Assembly: GCA_025201805.1 (NCBI GenBank)
Contig: MU619402.1
Coordinates: 5,475-60,278, forward strand
Reading direction: 5' to 3'
Source of the DNA: Parasitella parasitica NRRL 2501
Lineage: Eukaryota; Fungi; Mucoromycota
Length of the DNA stretch: 54,804 nucleotides
The notes under the pieces are model-generated. The model saw only the letters and a program-made list of their open reading frames with translations, was not told the origin of the DNA and searched no databases. Position 1 is the stretch's first letter, and the number at the start of each line of letters is the position of its first letter. Positions 25,679-39,000 of this stretch are shown here, in pieces. The position numbers and the translations under genes are program-made.

Positions 25679-26478
25679 NNNNNNNNNNNNNNNNNNNNNN
25701 NNNNNNNNNNNNNNNNNNNNNNNNNNNNNNNNNNNNNNNNNNNNNNNNNNNNNNNNNNNNNNNNNNNNNNNNNNNNNNNNNNNNNNNNNNNNNNNNNNNN
25801 NNNNNNNNNNNNNNNNNNNNNNNNNNNNNNNNNNNNNNNNNNNNNNNNNNNNNNNNNNNNNNNNNNNNNNNNNNNNNNNNNNNNNNNNNNNNNNNNNNNN
25901 NNNNNNNNNNNNNNNNNNNNNNNNNNNNNNNNNNNNNNNNNNNNNNNNNNNNNNNNNNNNNNNNNNNNNNNNNNNNNNNNNNNNNNNNNNNNNNNNNNNN
26001 NNNNNNNNNNNNNNNNNNNNNNNNNNNNNNNNNNNNNNNNNNNNNNNNNNNNNNNNNNNNNNNNNNNNNNNNNNNNNNNNNNNNNNNNNNNNNNNNNNNN
26101 NNNNNNNNNNNNNNNNNNNNNNNNNNNNNNNNNNNNNNNNNNNNNNNNNNNNNNNNNNNNNNNNNNNNNNNNNNNNNNNNNNNNNNNNNNNNNNNNNNNN
26201 NNNNNNNNNNNNNNNNNNNNNNNNNNNNNNNNNNNNNNNNNNNNNNNNNNNNNNNNNNNNNNNNNNNNNNNNNNNNNNNNNNNNNNNNNNNNNNNNNNNN
26301 NNNNNNNNNNNNNNNNNNNNNNNNNNNNNNNNNNNNNNNNNNNNNNNNNNNNNNNNNNNNNNNNNNNNNNNNNNNNNNNNNNNNNNNNNNNNNNNNNNNN
26401 NNNNNNNNNNNNNNNNNNNNNNNNNNNNNNNNNNNNNNNNNNNNNNNNNNNNNNNNNNNNNNNNNNNNNNNNNNNNNN
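25679..26478. other. Assembly gap (800 N); smaller gaps at 19849-19923 and 22873-22892
   Basis: Runs of N next to homopolymer tracts. Confidence 1.
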
Positions 26479-27278
26479 TGCGTTTAGATATTCAATGTCT
26501 CGTCTTACCATGGAATGATACTGTCTTGAAAAACTGTTATTTGCCTATAAATAATACTGTTGGTATCTGGTTCTGGTGTCAATTTCGAGTATTGCAAACG
26601 TACAACTACTTTTGTGCCACCAAGATGTTCGTTTTTGCTGTGGGATCTGGAAGAATTTTTACGCCACGTATCAGGCTTGTAACTTGGAGTAGGAGTCGTT
26701 GGAGACCCAGTGCGGATTCGTTTGTTTGGAGGAGCCAGCTCATCAGATTTGCGATGGTGGTATTTGCCAGGATAGCTGTATCTTTTTCGCTTTTCGTCTG
26801 GAGCAAGAAATAGGGTTAGGATTAGGGTCAATGGTTGCGCCTTGCAATAGGGTATTTTACCGGTGCTGGATTGACGGTTTACTACTTCGGCTGCTGCCAT
26901 GAGAAGCATAATTGGATCATTTTTGGATTGAGATGTTTTGTCGTTTGTTTGTGTCACCCCTATTTAGTTCATAATAGAAGATGATGATGTGAGAATTTCT
27001 CAGTCTGATTTGACAACATGCTCATACACACTACCTTGAGTTGGTTGTTTGCCGGACGAGGTTTCTTGGCTCATCTAATACACATTGGTCGGTACACACA
27101 GCTGTCTGTTTGACGGAGAGATACCCTACCTTTTCGTGGTCTGGCTGTTCAGGCTTTGTTGTTATTGTACTTGACCCACTTGTCTAAACATCTATTAGTC
27201 ATCTGACCACAAAGGCAGTTTTGATCCCCTTTTTTTCTCTTGTACTTCAAATGCCTGCCCCTTTTGATGCTGTCCCCT

Positions 27279-27325
<47 letters not shown>

Positions 27326-27712
27326 CTACATGTATTCATATGTACGCATAAAAAAAAAAGAGCCGCCATGATTTCAAAGCATATGGCAAGTTGGCTCTTT
27401 TATCAATAAGCTACAGTGGCACCTCACATCCTCCGTGTATATATTACAAACCTTTTTTGGCCGAGGTATGAATGGTTCGTGATTAGCCAGAGCAATGAGG
27501 ATGCAGCTGGCTTCGCAGTCAGTCTTGTCGAGAGAAGCATAGCCCAGCAGTGTGTGCGCCATGTCCGTAGAAGCCGCTTTCAATGCTGAGTGCAGCAGGA
27601 TGCTGTTGTCTCTTTCGGCTGAGGAGCGAGGCTGGACCTTGGGATAAAAGTCCTGCTGAGACTGTGCCAAGCTATTCATCCTGCTGCTATTTAATGTTGA
27701 TGTGAGCGACAT
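26479..27712 (-). CDS. Hypothetical multi-exon protein, 3' end lost in the gap
   Basis: ATG at 27712 (MSLTSTLNSS). Coding-like exons are bounded by GT/AG and include DCEASCILIALANH, DPIMLLMAAAEVV and basic NLS-like KRKR/KRIR. Confidence 0.6.
27283..27324. repeat. (CA)n microsatellite in an intron
   Basis: About 20 uninterrupted CA units. Confidence 0.95.
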
Positions 27713-27956
27713 GGGACTAAATGTGGGAGTGGAAAGAGAGCCAGAGAGGGAAAGAGAAGAGAAAGGGAAACTTGGAAAAAGATGGTGCCCACACAAATCA
27801 AGTGGACGCCTAGCATGTTCAGCCAATGAATCAATGCACTGTTGAGAATCAGCAACCCATTTGCAACCCAAGTGACGTCTATCTGCATGTGGTACTATAT
27901 AAGCCAGATGCTAATAGGTATTATTGCAAAACCTTTTCTTTTCAACCGTCAGCATA

Positions 27957-28145
27957 ATGGCCACACCTGTGATCTTGGATGAGGATACGTACACTGAAGC
28001 CATCAGTTTGATCATCGAGAGAGATTTCTTTCCAAATTTGGCCACGATGAAAGCCCAACAGAATTACCACGAGGCTCAAAATCATGGCTCGTTGAGTGAA
28101 CTGCAAGAAGCTGGAAAGACATTGCACACCATGTCCATGCAGAAG

Positions 28146-28208
<63 letters not shown>

Positions 28209-29435
28209 CAACCTTTTTGGGCATTGAAATAAGGGCGCTAATTAGCTTCATTTTCAAGCACATCAGTCCAGGCAGTCTGATCAGCCCATCAACTTTTACA
28301 ACGAAGACGAGCCAAACGTCGAAAAACGAGTGAACCTCAGTCTATCTCTCGACCAATTCCAAACATTATATACCAGGTAAAAACCACCGTCATGAGTATG
28401 GCGAAAAACTGCATGCTGATCTCCTGCGCAGTGAAGATAATGCATCATTCACAGGTCTTTTGGAAAAAGCAAACATCAGAGTCAAGGAACAAAACAAGTG
28501 GTTTTTTGACCGCGAGTCCAAACAACTGCGCATCACCGATCACTCCACAGAAGAAAGCCACACAAAGCTCATCGAAGCAAACGATAAAGCACCTTCGGGC
28601 TGGAAATACAAGGCAAGAAATGCACTCATGTATTTTCCTCAAGGCAAAAGCGAGTCTTGGGTCAATGAAAACGACGCCCGAGGGTTGCCAAAATCCATTG
28701 AATACCACAACACTCATATCGCTACGACGGATGTAAAAAGCGATAATAGCACCTCCAAGCCTGACGCAACACCAAAAGCACCGTCTGACATTGCAGCACT
28801 CGCTGGGTCGCTTACCCCTTGGAGTCAAATGAACGGCTTAAATAGTGATCCTCTTTCATCTTCACCGAATATCAGAGGCTACAATTTAGTCGATGCCACA
28901 CCCACATTAAGCCCTGATCGATTAGGAACACCACAAATGACCTGGGGCTCCATTGAGGGCACTCCCTCTTTAATATCTGCTGGATCGCAGACACCTGGAC
29001 CACAGTTTTCGCTACCGAAAGTTTCTAAGCGGGAAGAGTTGGGCTTCAAGCTATCAGAGAAAGCTTCAAAAGCATATCGGAAAAAGAAAGGCGAGCATCA
29101 AAGAAACGTCCAAGGCACACAGAGAACAGGGCAAGTTTTTTTTTTTTTTTTTTTTCCCCTTAATCAGCTGAATCGCTTGTATTCATTTTTAAGTACTCTG
29201 TGTTTATAGCGCTGGATTGATGTCCCCTGCAGCCCAATATCTATTACGAAAAAGTCATACAACACCGAGAGCACAGACTGGATTTGGGGAGGCTTTACGA
29301 AATACCTATGGGGGTTCACCATTAGGCGTCAGTAGTCCTCGCACTCTTCGAAAAGTGGGAGCAACACCGACCCCAACTGGGTTGTTTCGAGCAGGTGTCA
29401 CTCCGCAGAAAACGATGATGAAAAAGAAAAATTAA
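27957..29435 (+). CDS. ESS2: Splicing factor ESS-2/DGCR14 (Es2 family), multi-exon
   Basis: ILDEDTYTEAISLIIERDFFPNL, LSLDQFQTLYTSEDNASF, WKYKARNALMYFP, PQMTWGSIEGTP, MSPAAQYLL. Confidence 0.92.
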
Positions 29436-30099
29436 CAAAAGTAATGCCACAATGTCAAAATGATCGTATTAGTATACATTCAAGAGGGGAGCTAATAATG
29501 GTGATGTATCCTCAAATTCTTTCAAAAATCCCCAAAATTTGAATAAAAAAACCAAGTCTGAGGCTAGTGGCAACGACATTGCAGGCCACACTCTTACCTG
29601 AAGGGAAGATTATTATTTAGATCAAGTAGTGTATATTTCGTCCTATTTACGAAATGACTCTTGAAATCAAATTACACGATATTGGCAATATCTTGGGCTT
29701 ACGATTTATATCAAGATGATTTATATGCTACTTATTGGGATCATGTCTATATATGTCAGATATGCTATAAATTGTTAGTAATAGATACATTGCATATGCG
29801 CTTTAAAACCATATAGCGAGAAGCTTCAATTGTTGTCATAGCGTTGCATGTATCAAATTCATATTCATGCAACTCGTGAACGTGTAAGACTACCTGAGAA
29901 ATTGGATCTCAGGCACGACGCACTAGGCACAGCTTGCATTAATTCATTGAAACGCTTATTTTTATGGGGCAAGCTAAAACATTGAATTTTGTACACACAA
30001 TAATTTATTCAGTAACGTGAGGGAGGGAGGGGGGGGGGGGGGGGGGGTGTTTACCAAAAACAATATATAGCATGGAATGAGTCTATTCTGCATTCATAA

Positions 30100-33000
30100 T
30101 TATTGGGCTAATGCTACAGCTACACTGTACGCACCGCTATGGCTAATGGAAACATTAATATTCTTGATCCCTGCCGCATGGGCAGCATTCTTGGCTTTGC
30201 CCGTCAAAACGACCTGAGGAGCACCGACTTCATTGCTTTCGATCTTAATCTCATGCAACGGAGCACCGGCACCGTTTGAAGGAATATTACCATGCGAAGA
30301 AATGGCCTTGAAAACAGCTTCTTTAGCAGACCAACGACCTGCGAAGCTGGCTTGGGGATCAGGGCGAGCTCGACAGTATTCGATTTCTGCAGCGGTGAAA
30401 TTTCGCTCAACAAAAGTAGAGTTTTCAATGTTGACGGCGTTTGTTAATTCAACGTCCACGCCGACGCCTCTTTTCCCTGCCTGTTGTTCGGTAAGGCTGG
30501 CAAGTACGTTCCTGGTAGCCTGAACATCACCAACTGTGGGGGGAGCAAGGTTAGCAGATGTGTCTGTAAAGCGCCACGAGTTTTTTAGCTTGGAAAACTC
30601 AGTACGAGCGTTAGGGTTTAAATAGACTGTATACTCTAGATCCTCAGAGTACGGTGCTTCGGTCTTGACTTGAACAAAATCCGAGATGCCAGTGATAGAA
30701 TCATGAAGATAACGGTATGCCTTTGCATAACGCTGAGAATTTTTGGCCTTGTATTCGTTGTACTGGTTTTCCTCCAAAGCACCGAGGACATAGTCAGGAT
30801 GAATAACCAGCACCTCACCGCCAGCCTGGCCAAAACCAAATGATTTGAGGAGACCAGCCTTGAGGCCGTCTGTTTGAATGCTCCGACAAGGATAGACAAT
30901 GTAGTCGAATTCACTCATAATGGTATCAATGTTGTCAGCATTACGATTGCCAGGAACCATGCCACTCAGCAAGCATTGCATCATGCCATTAGCCATCCAA
31001 GAAGCAGCAGGGCCTTTCGGGTGACCAGTCAGATACTTTTGAGTGATAGCCAAAAGAGCATTTCCCTTGGAACGGCCCAGGTGCTTCATTTGCGTGTTGA
31101 CAACACGGGATTCGTTCTTGTCATTAGCCTTGGTGGATGTGCCGTGGAAAGAAGCAACGCCAATATCATCCACAGTCAAGCCAAAGACGGCAAGAGCGCC
31201 ACGGATAGGAGCAATAGCAGGGTCGTTTTGGAAGAATTGATGCTGGAAGGTAGCCAACGCTTCTTTTTCTTGACGCCTGGCTTGTTGCTCAATGAAGGAG
31301 GTACGTTCTTGAAGCCATAATTCAACGTCTTGTTTGGCGAGTTCACCAGACGCCTGGAGTTCTTCTAGTTCCTCCTGCAGGTCCTCGTATTCACGCTCTA
31401 CCCAAGTCTTGACTTGAGTGCGGCGAGCCTTGATTTGCTTGGCACGATACTTGAAGCTCATTAAAGGAGATGGTCTCGTCGATTGCGTTTCGCGAGCAGT
31501 GGTCAGAATACCAGCACCAGGAGCAGGGACAGAGCGGCCTTCTTTATCGGTGGCAGTGTTGCTGAGCGCAATGATGCCGTAGATGGGTGAGCCGATTTCA
31601 ATAGCAGTGGATGCAGTCATAAGGATATGACTAGCAGAGCCATGCGATTCAGTGAAGCCGTTTCTGGTGGTAGTCGTAGGACGAGACATCTCGGACGGAG
31701 TGCGGCCCTTGGCCATCTCCTCAACAGCACTAGAAGTAGCCTTCATGTTGGCAAACTCGTAACTGGATTCCTCGGTTGTCTCTTCAGATGAACCAGCAAT
31801 CATAATCTTGGCCTTACCAGACAAGAGAGATTCACAAGCCATTTCAATGGAAACCGCAGCAGTAGCGCACGCATTGACTGGTGTTTTGATGGGGCCAGAG
31901 GATGACAGGAGCAGCATATTGATCCAAGCAGGCATAGTGTTGATTTCAGACTCTTGCAAAATGTCTTTCTGAACAGGCTGATCCAGGAATCTTTCGCGAT
32001 AAAGGCCCCTCTGGGCAGCTTGTCCGCCAACACCGGAACCAGTCGTGTTGCCCATTTCAGAGACATGGATATACTTGAAAAATTCGTAAGGATCGGTGAT
32101 GCCAGCAGAGATGAAAGCTTCAACAGTGGACACAATATTGAACACAGTGACAGGGTCCACCTGGTCGATGATATCCTGGGGAACGCCATAGCGTTTAGCA
32201 TCCCAACCCGAGGGAATTTGGCCTGCAACAAGACGATCAAAGCGAAGCGCTTTGGGCACATACAAGGCTGCGCCCTTGTGAATAACAACAAACCAGCTGC
32301 CGTTACCAGATTCGTAAATATCTGCCTTTTCGCCTTGCTGGTGCTTGAAATGCTCGGCCTCTTCCTTGGAGCACTCAAACGGCTCAAGGTCGTGGTCTAT
32401 CACAACTTCTTGCATCAGCATCTTCTTTTCTGGGTTGTAGCCGCCCATAATCTCGGGTTCTATTAGGGAATAGAGTCAGTATAAACGCCACTCCCCCCTT
32501 TATATATAATACCACTTACCAATAAAACGAATACCAGTATGGTCCAAAATCCTTTGTTCATATCTAGCCTTGATATCTTTATCTTCAACAGGCTCGCCGG
32601 ATTTAGCATCGGCCCACCCGGAATAGGCCTTTCCATCCTTTAGTCTGCCGTCATGATGCTTGATATAGCCCATAATCCAAGCAAGCTCAATACAGCCCTC
32701 GAGAGAGAATTCGCCATACGCCTCCATTTCCCAGCGAGTTCTATGATTGCCCCAAGGAGACACCTCGCCCATGCCAGCGACGACAATGACTTTGTCCAAG
32801 TCGATCATGCCCTTGAGATAGCCAAGATGTTTGAGAGCGTCATATGGCTTGAGAGTGGGAAAGTCGAATTTCATGTTGGCACGAGGAGTGACAGTATGAG
32901 GCTTGTAGTTTTGCTCAGCTTCTTTGCCAAAGATGGTTTTGTAGTCGAGCGCATTTTCAGCATCAACAGCCTTGCGGATATCGGCTGTTTCGCGGATTTC

Positions 33001-36000
33001 CTTGCGCAGCTTGTTGGTGACCTCTTGAAGCCTAGGAATAAACTGAAGACCGCCGTTGAGGTCAGCGTAAACAGGCTCCTTTTGGCAGAGTCTGGTAATT
33101 GACGGGTGCAAGAGACCAAGCAAATTGAAGGACATTTCAAGAGTTGAAAAGGTCCTCACCCCAAGAGCTTCCACGCCTTCGGCCACAATGTTGCTTGTAC
33201 TCATCAAGCCAGTACCACGAGTCCAACCGATGACAGCGCCCGTAATGACCAAATAGCTGGCCCAGCTTTCAGAATACCAGCGATCAAACAGTGTTTCCAA
33301 AGAGATCTTGGACTCGCCATAAAGACCATCGCCACCAAACATGCCGTGGTTGGGGGACAGTGGGAGGATGACTTGGGCAGGTCGTGTGTCAGATCCAATC
33401 CTTTCCTTGTGCACCTTGACGTTACCCAGCATGCGAAGAAGGTTGGTCAGCATGATGCGATGAGCAAGCTCGGCCTTGGAATCAATGCTATCAAGTTCGC
33501 GGCCGTTTTCAGAGATGGCAGCAAATGGAATAACGTAATCAAGGTCCCAGTTCAGGCCCTCAGGGCTATAAATGTAATTAACCAACGCATCGACATCTTG
33601 CTTTGCGCCTTGGTTGAAGGGCACCAGAATAAGCTCGGACCCCTTGGCGCCATGCGTCTTGTAAATGCTTTGGAAATACTCTGTCACTTGGCGACTGAAG
33701 CGAGATGTTGTCACAACCACCTTGGCGCCGCCAGCAATAAGACCCTTCATTAGCTCAGACCCGATCGAGTCTCTACCAGCACCAGTCAAAAGCACGCATT
33801 TATCAGCAAAGGTAATGCCTTTTTCAGACATTTCGGTCAGAGCGTTCAGATAGGTGTTGGTGAGCTTGCTGTTGAACTCCCAGCCAGTGCTTGGATCGTG
33901 CTTGCTGCGTCTCTTCAAATGCAGAAAGGGGACGGTTTCTTTGGGTTTGCTGCTGCAAGACGAGTGTTTGGCATCGTTATAACCAGCAACGTTGGAGCGA
34001 GGCCTTTGATCTCTGACGACAGTGTTGGACATGGACATTGCACGCAGGATATCAGCGTAATACTCTTCCATGGCAGACTTGTCTGCTTCCGAGGCAGCGC
34101 TTTGGTTGCGAATAATCTCATAGATACGGCCGAGATCGTGCTGCACCTTGAGGCGACTTGAGTATTCAGACACCTCGGACCCTGCAGTCATGTCTTGTAC
34201 ATAATCAGCCAACTTGCGGCATCCAGGACGAGGAACCTCCGAGTACTTGATGTCGCCCTTTTCAGACACGGTAGTTGTGGGGCCCTTGGGGATAGCAACA
34301 TTCTTGTAGTAGGGCCTTTCGGAAAGCGCCGATACACAGTGTTCCATCAAAGCCTGGCCAAACTCCTTTGCAAGCTTGTAGGTTGCACCCTTATTGCCAG
34401 CGCACCTTTCAACGTTGTAGCGCATGTAGTCGATCAATTTGGGGTGCGCCCGGTTCATGATGCTCAAGCATTTGGCAGTAACCTCGCGATCCACAATAGC
34501 GAGTTTGCCAAAAATAATGTCATACCACATTTCCAAGGCGTCTTGGCGAACCCAATTCCAGTACGAGTCATAGCGGCGAGCCTTGAGAGGCGAAAATGCA
34601 GGCTTGATGCCGTCAGCGTAGGTATCTCCGTGTTCAGCGAGCCATAAATCGAGCTCTGCTTGCAGTCTTTTGGTGACAACCTTTTCGTCCTCGTACTTCT
34701 TGGCGCCTTCACGGATGTCCGTTTGCAGATACTTTGCGTACATGTTGAGCTGTCGATAAATTAGGGCATTTTGCTTTGCTCTGAAATCATCGAATTCGGC
34801 ATGATTGATCGTGGTGGGTGCAGCAGCTGAAGCAGACGATGAGGAGCTTACTCTTCCAGAGGAAAGAGAAATACAAGCCGTAGCAGCATAGGCCTGAACA
34901 ACCGTGTCTAGCCATGCTCTAGCCTCGGCTTCAGTAGAAATACGGGTACTAGGTTCCATAGTAATAGCAACTAAAAGAGCACCTTCCGTGCGACCAGGCC
35001 CCAAGCCATGCGAATTGCTGAGGTAGGTTTTGACCGAGTTCAGTGTAAATCCGCCAGGCATTTTGGAGGCAGCAAGTTTAGCAATCAAGGTGCTAGTGTG
35101 TTTGCCAAGAGTCCCCGTGAATGTTCCGCTCAATGCAGACCCAACTTCCTCCAAAGTACTTTCCTCGGCTTTTTCAGGAACAGCGTTGTTGAATTCCGTT
35201 TGCAAATCGCCAAGAATCTCGTTTTGAAGAGTAGACTTGCCGCTGACTAAATCCTTGATAGACGTGGTCAAAGGAACTTGGCCAGTCGTCTTTTTGAGCT
35301 TCTGGGCAATTAAAGCATGAACAATTTCAGTAGCAGTGACAGGAACATCACTAATAGCAGCAGCAGCAGGTGCAGAGGGAGCTTGAGCGCTAGTTGCAAC
35401 AGAGACAACAGATGGAGAGACCACAGCTGCTGTAGAAGAATTAGTGCCAGAATACAAGCTGATACCGGCTTTACTAGCATAGGTCTTTACGACAGAATCC
35501 AGCCACGTCTTTGCATCAGACTCTGTAGAGAGACGAGCAACGGGCTCCATGGTGATGGCAACCAAAAGAGTGCCTTCAACGCGGCCAGTGCCTAAGCCAT
35601 AAGTGGTATTCATATACGTTTTGGCAGTGTTCAAGGTGAATCCACCGGGCATTTTAGAACTAATCAGCTTGGCAACCAGTGTACTTGTGTGCTTGCCAAG
35701 AGTTCCGGGGAAAATTCCATTCAATGCAGCGCCAACATCTTGCAGTGGCAATTCTTCCGCCTTTTCAGGGACAGCATTGTCAAACTCTTTTTGTAGGTCT
35801 CCGAGAATTTCATTCTGAAGGGTTGATTTACCACTGACCAAGTCCTTGATAGAGGACGCCATAGAGACTTTGTCGATAGATGTCTTGAGTTTTTGAGCAA
35901 TGACTGCACGAATTACTTCCGCAGCAGTGATGGGAGCATCCGATACAGCAGCAACAGGGCCTGTGGATGGTGCGACGGGGGCAGGAGCAGAAAGAGCAGC

Positions 36001-39000
36001 TGGAACCGGAGCTGGAGGAGGCGCAACCACAGACGTAGGCGCAGCCATTTCACTGGGCTCTACAGGCGCACTTTCAAGGGCATAATAGATCTCTTTGGCA
36101 TCCTTGGAGACACACAATGTTTGGCGACGATTGCTCAACGCATTGTCGTATGATTGGTACTTGAGAGCCAAAGTACGGATCGCCATACCAGTAAGAATGG
36201 GAGAGGGACCTACTTCAATCATACGCTCAATCTTGTAATTTTTGAACAGCTGGTCTTGTGTTTCGATCCAGCGGACAGGAGATGCGAATTGGTACGCCAA
36301 GAGTTCGATCAAAAGGATGTAGCCAAGCCGCTGCTGCTGGGCAGGGCTGGCACACTTGTCGTCGGTCCATGTCTTGAGCACGTTGGCCAAACGAGGGCTG
36401 GACGTAGTGCGGTACACATTTTCAATAAAGCTTTTTTCAGTGCTAAAAGGCTCAGCAACTAGATTGGGAATGTATTTCTTTTTCAGTTGCGCAACATCAA
36501 TGTCGGAGGGATTGAACTTTTTGGCCAGGAAGGTACGGAATGGAGTAACGCCGCTGAGCAGGAAAGATGAATGGAAAGGCACGTCAATACCAGAGAGAGG
36601 GATAGTAGCTTTACCGCGCTCAAGAATGACTCGGCCGTTTGCCTGCTTTGCTTGGGTCTTTTCAAATGCACCCTCAATGATCTCGTCCAGCTTATCTTTG
36701 ACACCTTCCAATGACTCTGATTCAGTAAGCTTTTGAAGGTCAACGTTGGCAGCATTGATATAGTTCAACGTGTTTGCGAGTACATCGAGGTTTTGGAGAG
36801 TACCGGCGGCGACATACTGCCAGTTTTCAATGTTAAAGTTGACTATTTCCAACACTTTGTTGTTACGGCGGGCAATAGACTCAACAACATAGAGAAGGGC
36901 TGCATCACTGAATGTCTTGGAAACACGGGCCGGGTTTACAGCAATCATACTGTAATCAGACCTACCGAGACTATCGCGTTTAACGGCTGACTGCATAGAC
37001 ATTCCGCGATAAAAGACGACATCCACCAAAGAATTCAGTGGCAAAATATCGCCCACGGCCGCTAAAGCAGAGTACTCGCCAAGAGAGTGGCCGGCAAAGG
37101 CACAATTGGATTGGATTAGCTCCTTGGAGCGCATGTCCTCAAATGCGGCCTTCTCCATCAAAGTCAATGCAGGTTGCGTGAATTGCGTAGCTGAGAGAAG
37201 ACCATTAGGAGAAGCAAACTTGTAGAACGAGGTGTACTCGTCGATGGTAGGGAACAACGGCAGCGTGTTGATGGATCCGTCGGAATCAACAACGTCGTAG
37301 AGCAGACTCATGTAATTCTGGCGGATTCTCTCTCCTTTTGGGCCTCCAAAATGGATTACTTTTTCCTTGGGATTATTGCGCACAATATCAATAATAGAGA
37401 AGCCATAGTTTTCCAAGAAATGCTTGTCAGCTTGATCCCAAATAGACTTTGCAACGGGGGAGCTATCGTAAAGATCCATTCCCATGCCCTTTTCCTGCGA
37501 GCCCTGGCCGGTAAACACATAGGCAGTGATGGGCTGCTCGACTTCAGCCGTGCCCACGACTACCTTTTCATTGTTTTGGTTGACAGTTTCAACCTTGATG
37601 ATCTTGCGGCCATTCTTCATGCCAGTATGGTAGAGTTTAGTCTCGAGTCTGTCAGAAGGCAGGACCATGCCGACAAACTTGACGCTGTAGGCAACAACAC
37701 GACGGGGTACGTTATCAGCAGCAAATATCTCGACAAACTTACGGGTAGAGGCGCTGCTCCACATGCCGTGGGTAATGGTGCCAGGCAAATGAGCAAGATC
37801 CGCAAAGTAAGGGTTGACGTGGATAGGGTTGAAATCACCGGAAATGCTGGCATAGGGTTCATTAGACGCAGGAGCATGGACAACAGAAGGGTACGTAGAT
37901 TGGCTGGGCATAATAGAGTAGCCGTCGTTTTCAAAGAAATAAGCTTGCTCGATTTCCTGTGCATGGCGCTTCAAAAAGCCCGTAACAGGGTTGCCATGGC
38001 TCTCCCCAGCTTCGTATTCGACAGTGGCTACTTGGATAAACTCCTTGGTGGAGACTTGCATATTTACAGTACCGACAGTCTTGACAGAAGAGTAGACATT
38101 GCTGTTCTTGTACTTGATCTCGGTTTCCAGACGAAAGATCAACGACTTACCAGGCAATGCTTTGTGTTCTTCAGAAGTCTCGGACCATTGGATCCAGTCT
38201 TTGGACTTGAGGATAGCAAGCTCCTTGTTGCTATGCAACTTGTACTCCATGGGCGTCTCGATCTTGTTCTCGAATGTATTCTCGAAATCAGTAAATTTAC
38301 CGCGGTACAGCGACTGGCTTGTCACTTCCATAACCGGCTTTCCTTCGCGGATAATCATGCCCTTGACCTCAATCATTTTCCCAGATTTGGTATTGACGAC
38401 AGCATTGATCTTGGCAAGTGTGCTGACCACATCTCCAACCTTGAGAAGCTCAGCACCATCCATCATGCGGAAGCTGATGCCTAAATGGACAAGCCTCAGC
38501 AGATCACCATCAGCAATCTTGGAAAAGATCCCCCTCATGATGGCCTTCCAGCCAACCACAATAGCAAAGTCCATCGGTGCACAGACGACCTTTTGATCAC
38601 GATCACCAAATATCTCGGCTTGGTTTCCAACAGCTTGACAAAATTCAGTAATTTCATCAAATTTGACGACCTCTTCCTTGTCAGTAATGGTGCCATGGAT
38701 GTTTAAATTCAGGAAATCCTCTTTATAATCAGCGCCGTACCAGAGTTTAAAGTAGAAATCCTTGATGCGATCATTGCGGCCCTGCATGACCTCGCGAATG
38801 GGGGCATAACCAAACTCGGGCAAGTACTCAAATTCCAGACAGAGTGGGATGTAACTGGTGGCTCTTTTTTCGTAGAGCGTCATGAGAACCCTACTACTAC
38901 TACTGTTGGCTTCAAGTTGAACAGATGTAGTGTAATCATTGACGCTATCGTTGGCACTCCACCCACGCTTGTCTTGGATCTTGACAGACTTGATGTCTCC

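Noticed and set aside
25410-26813. Long ORFs of 287-467 aa in the track
   Set aside because: Artefacts of translating through the 800-N gap.
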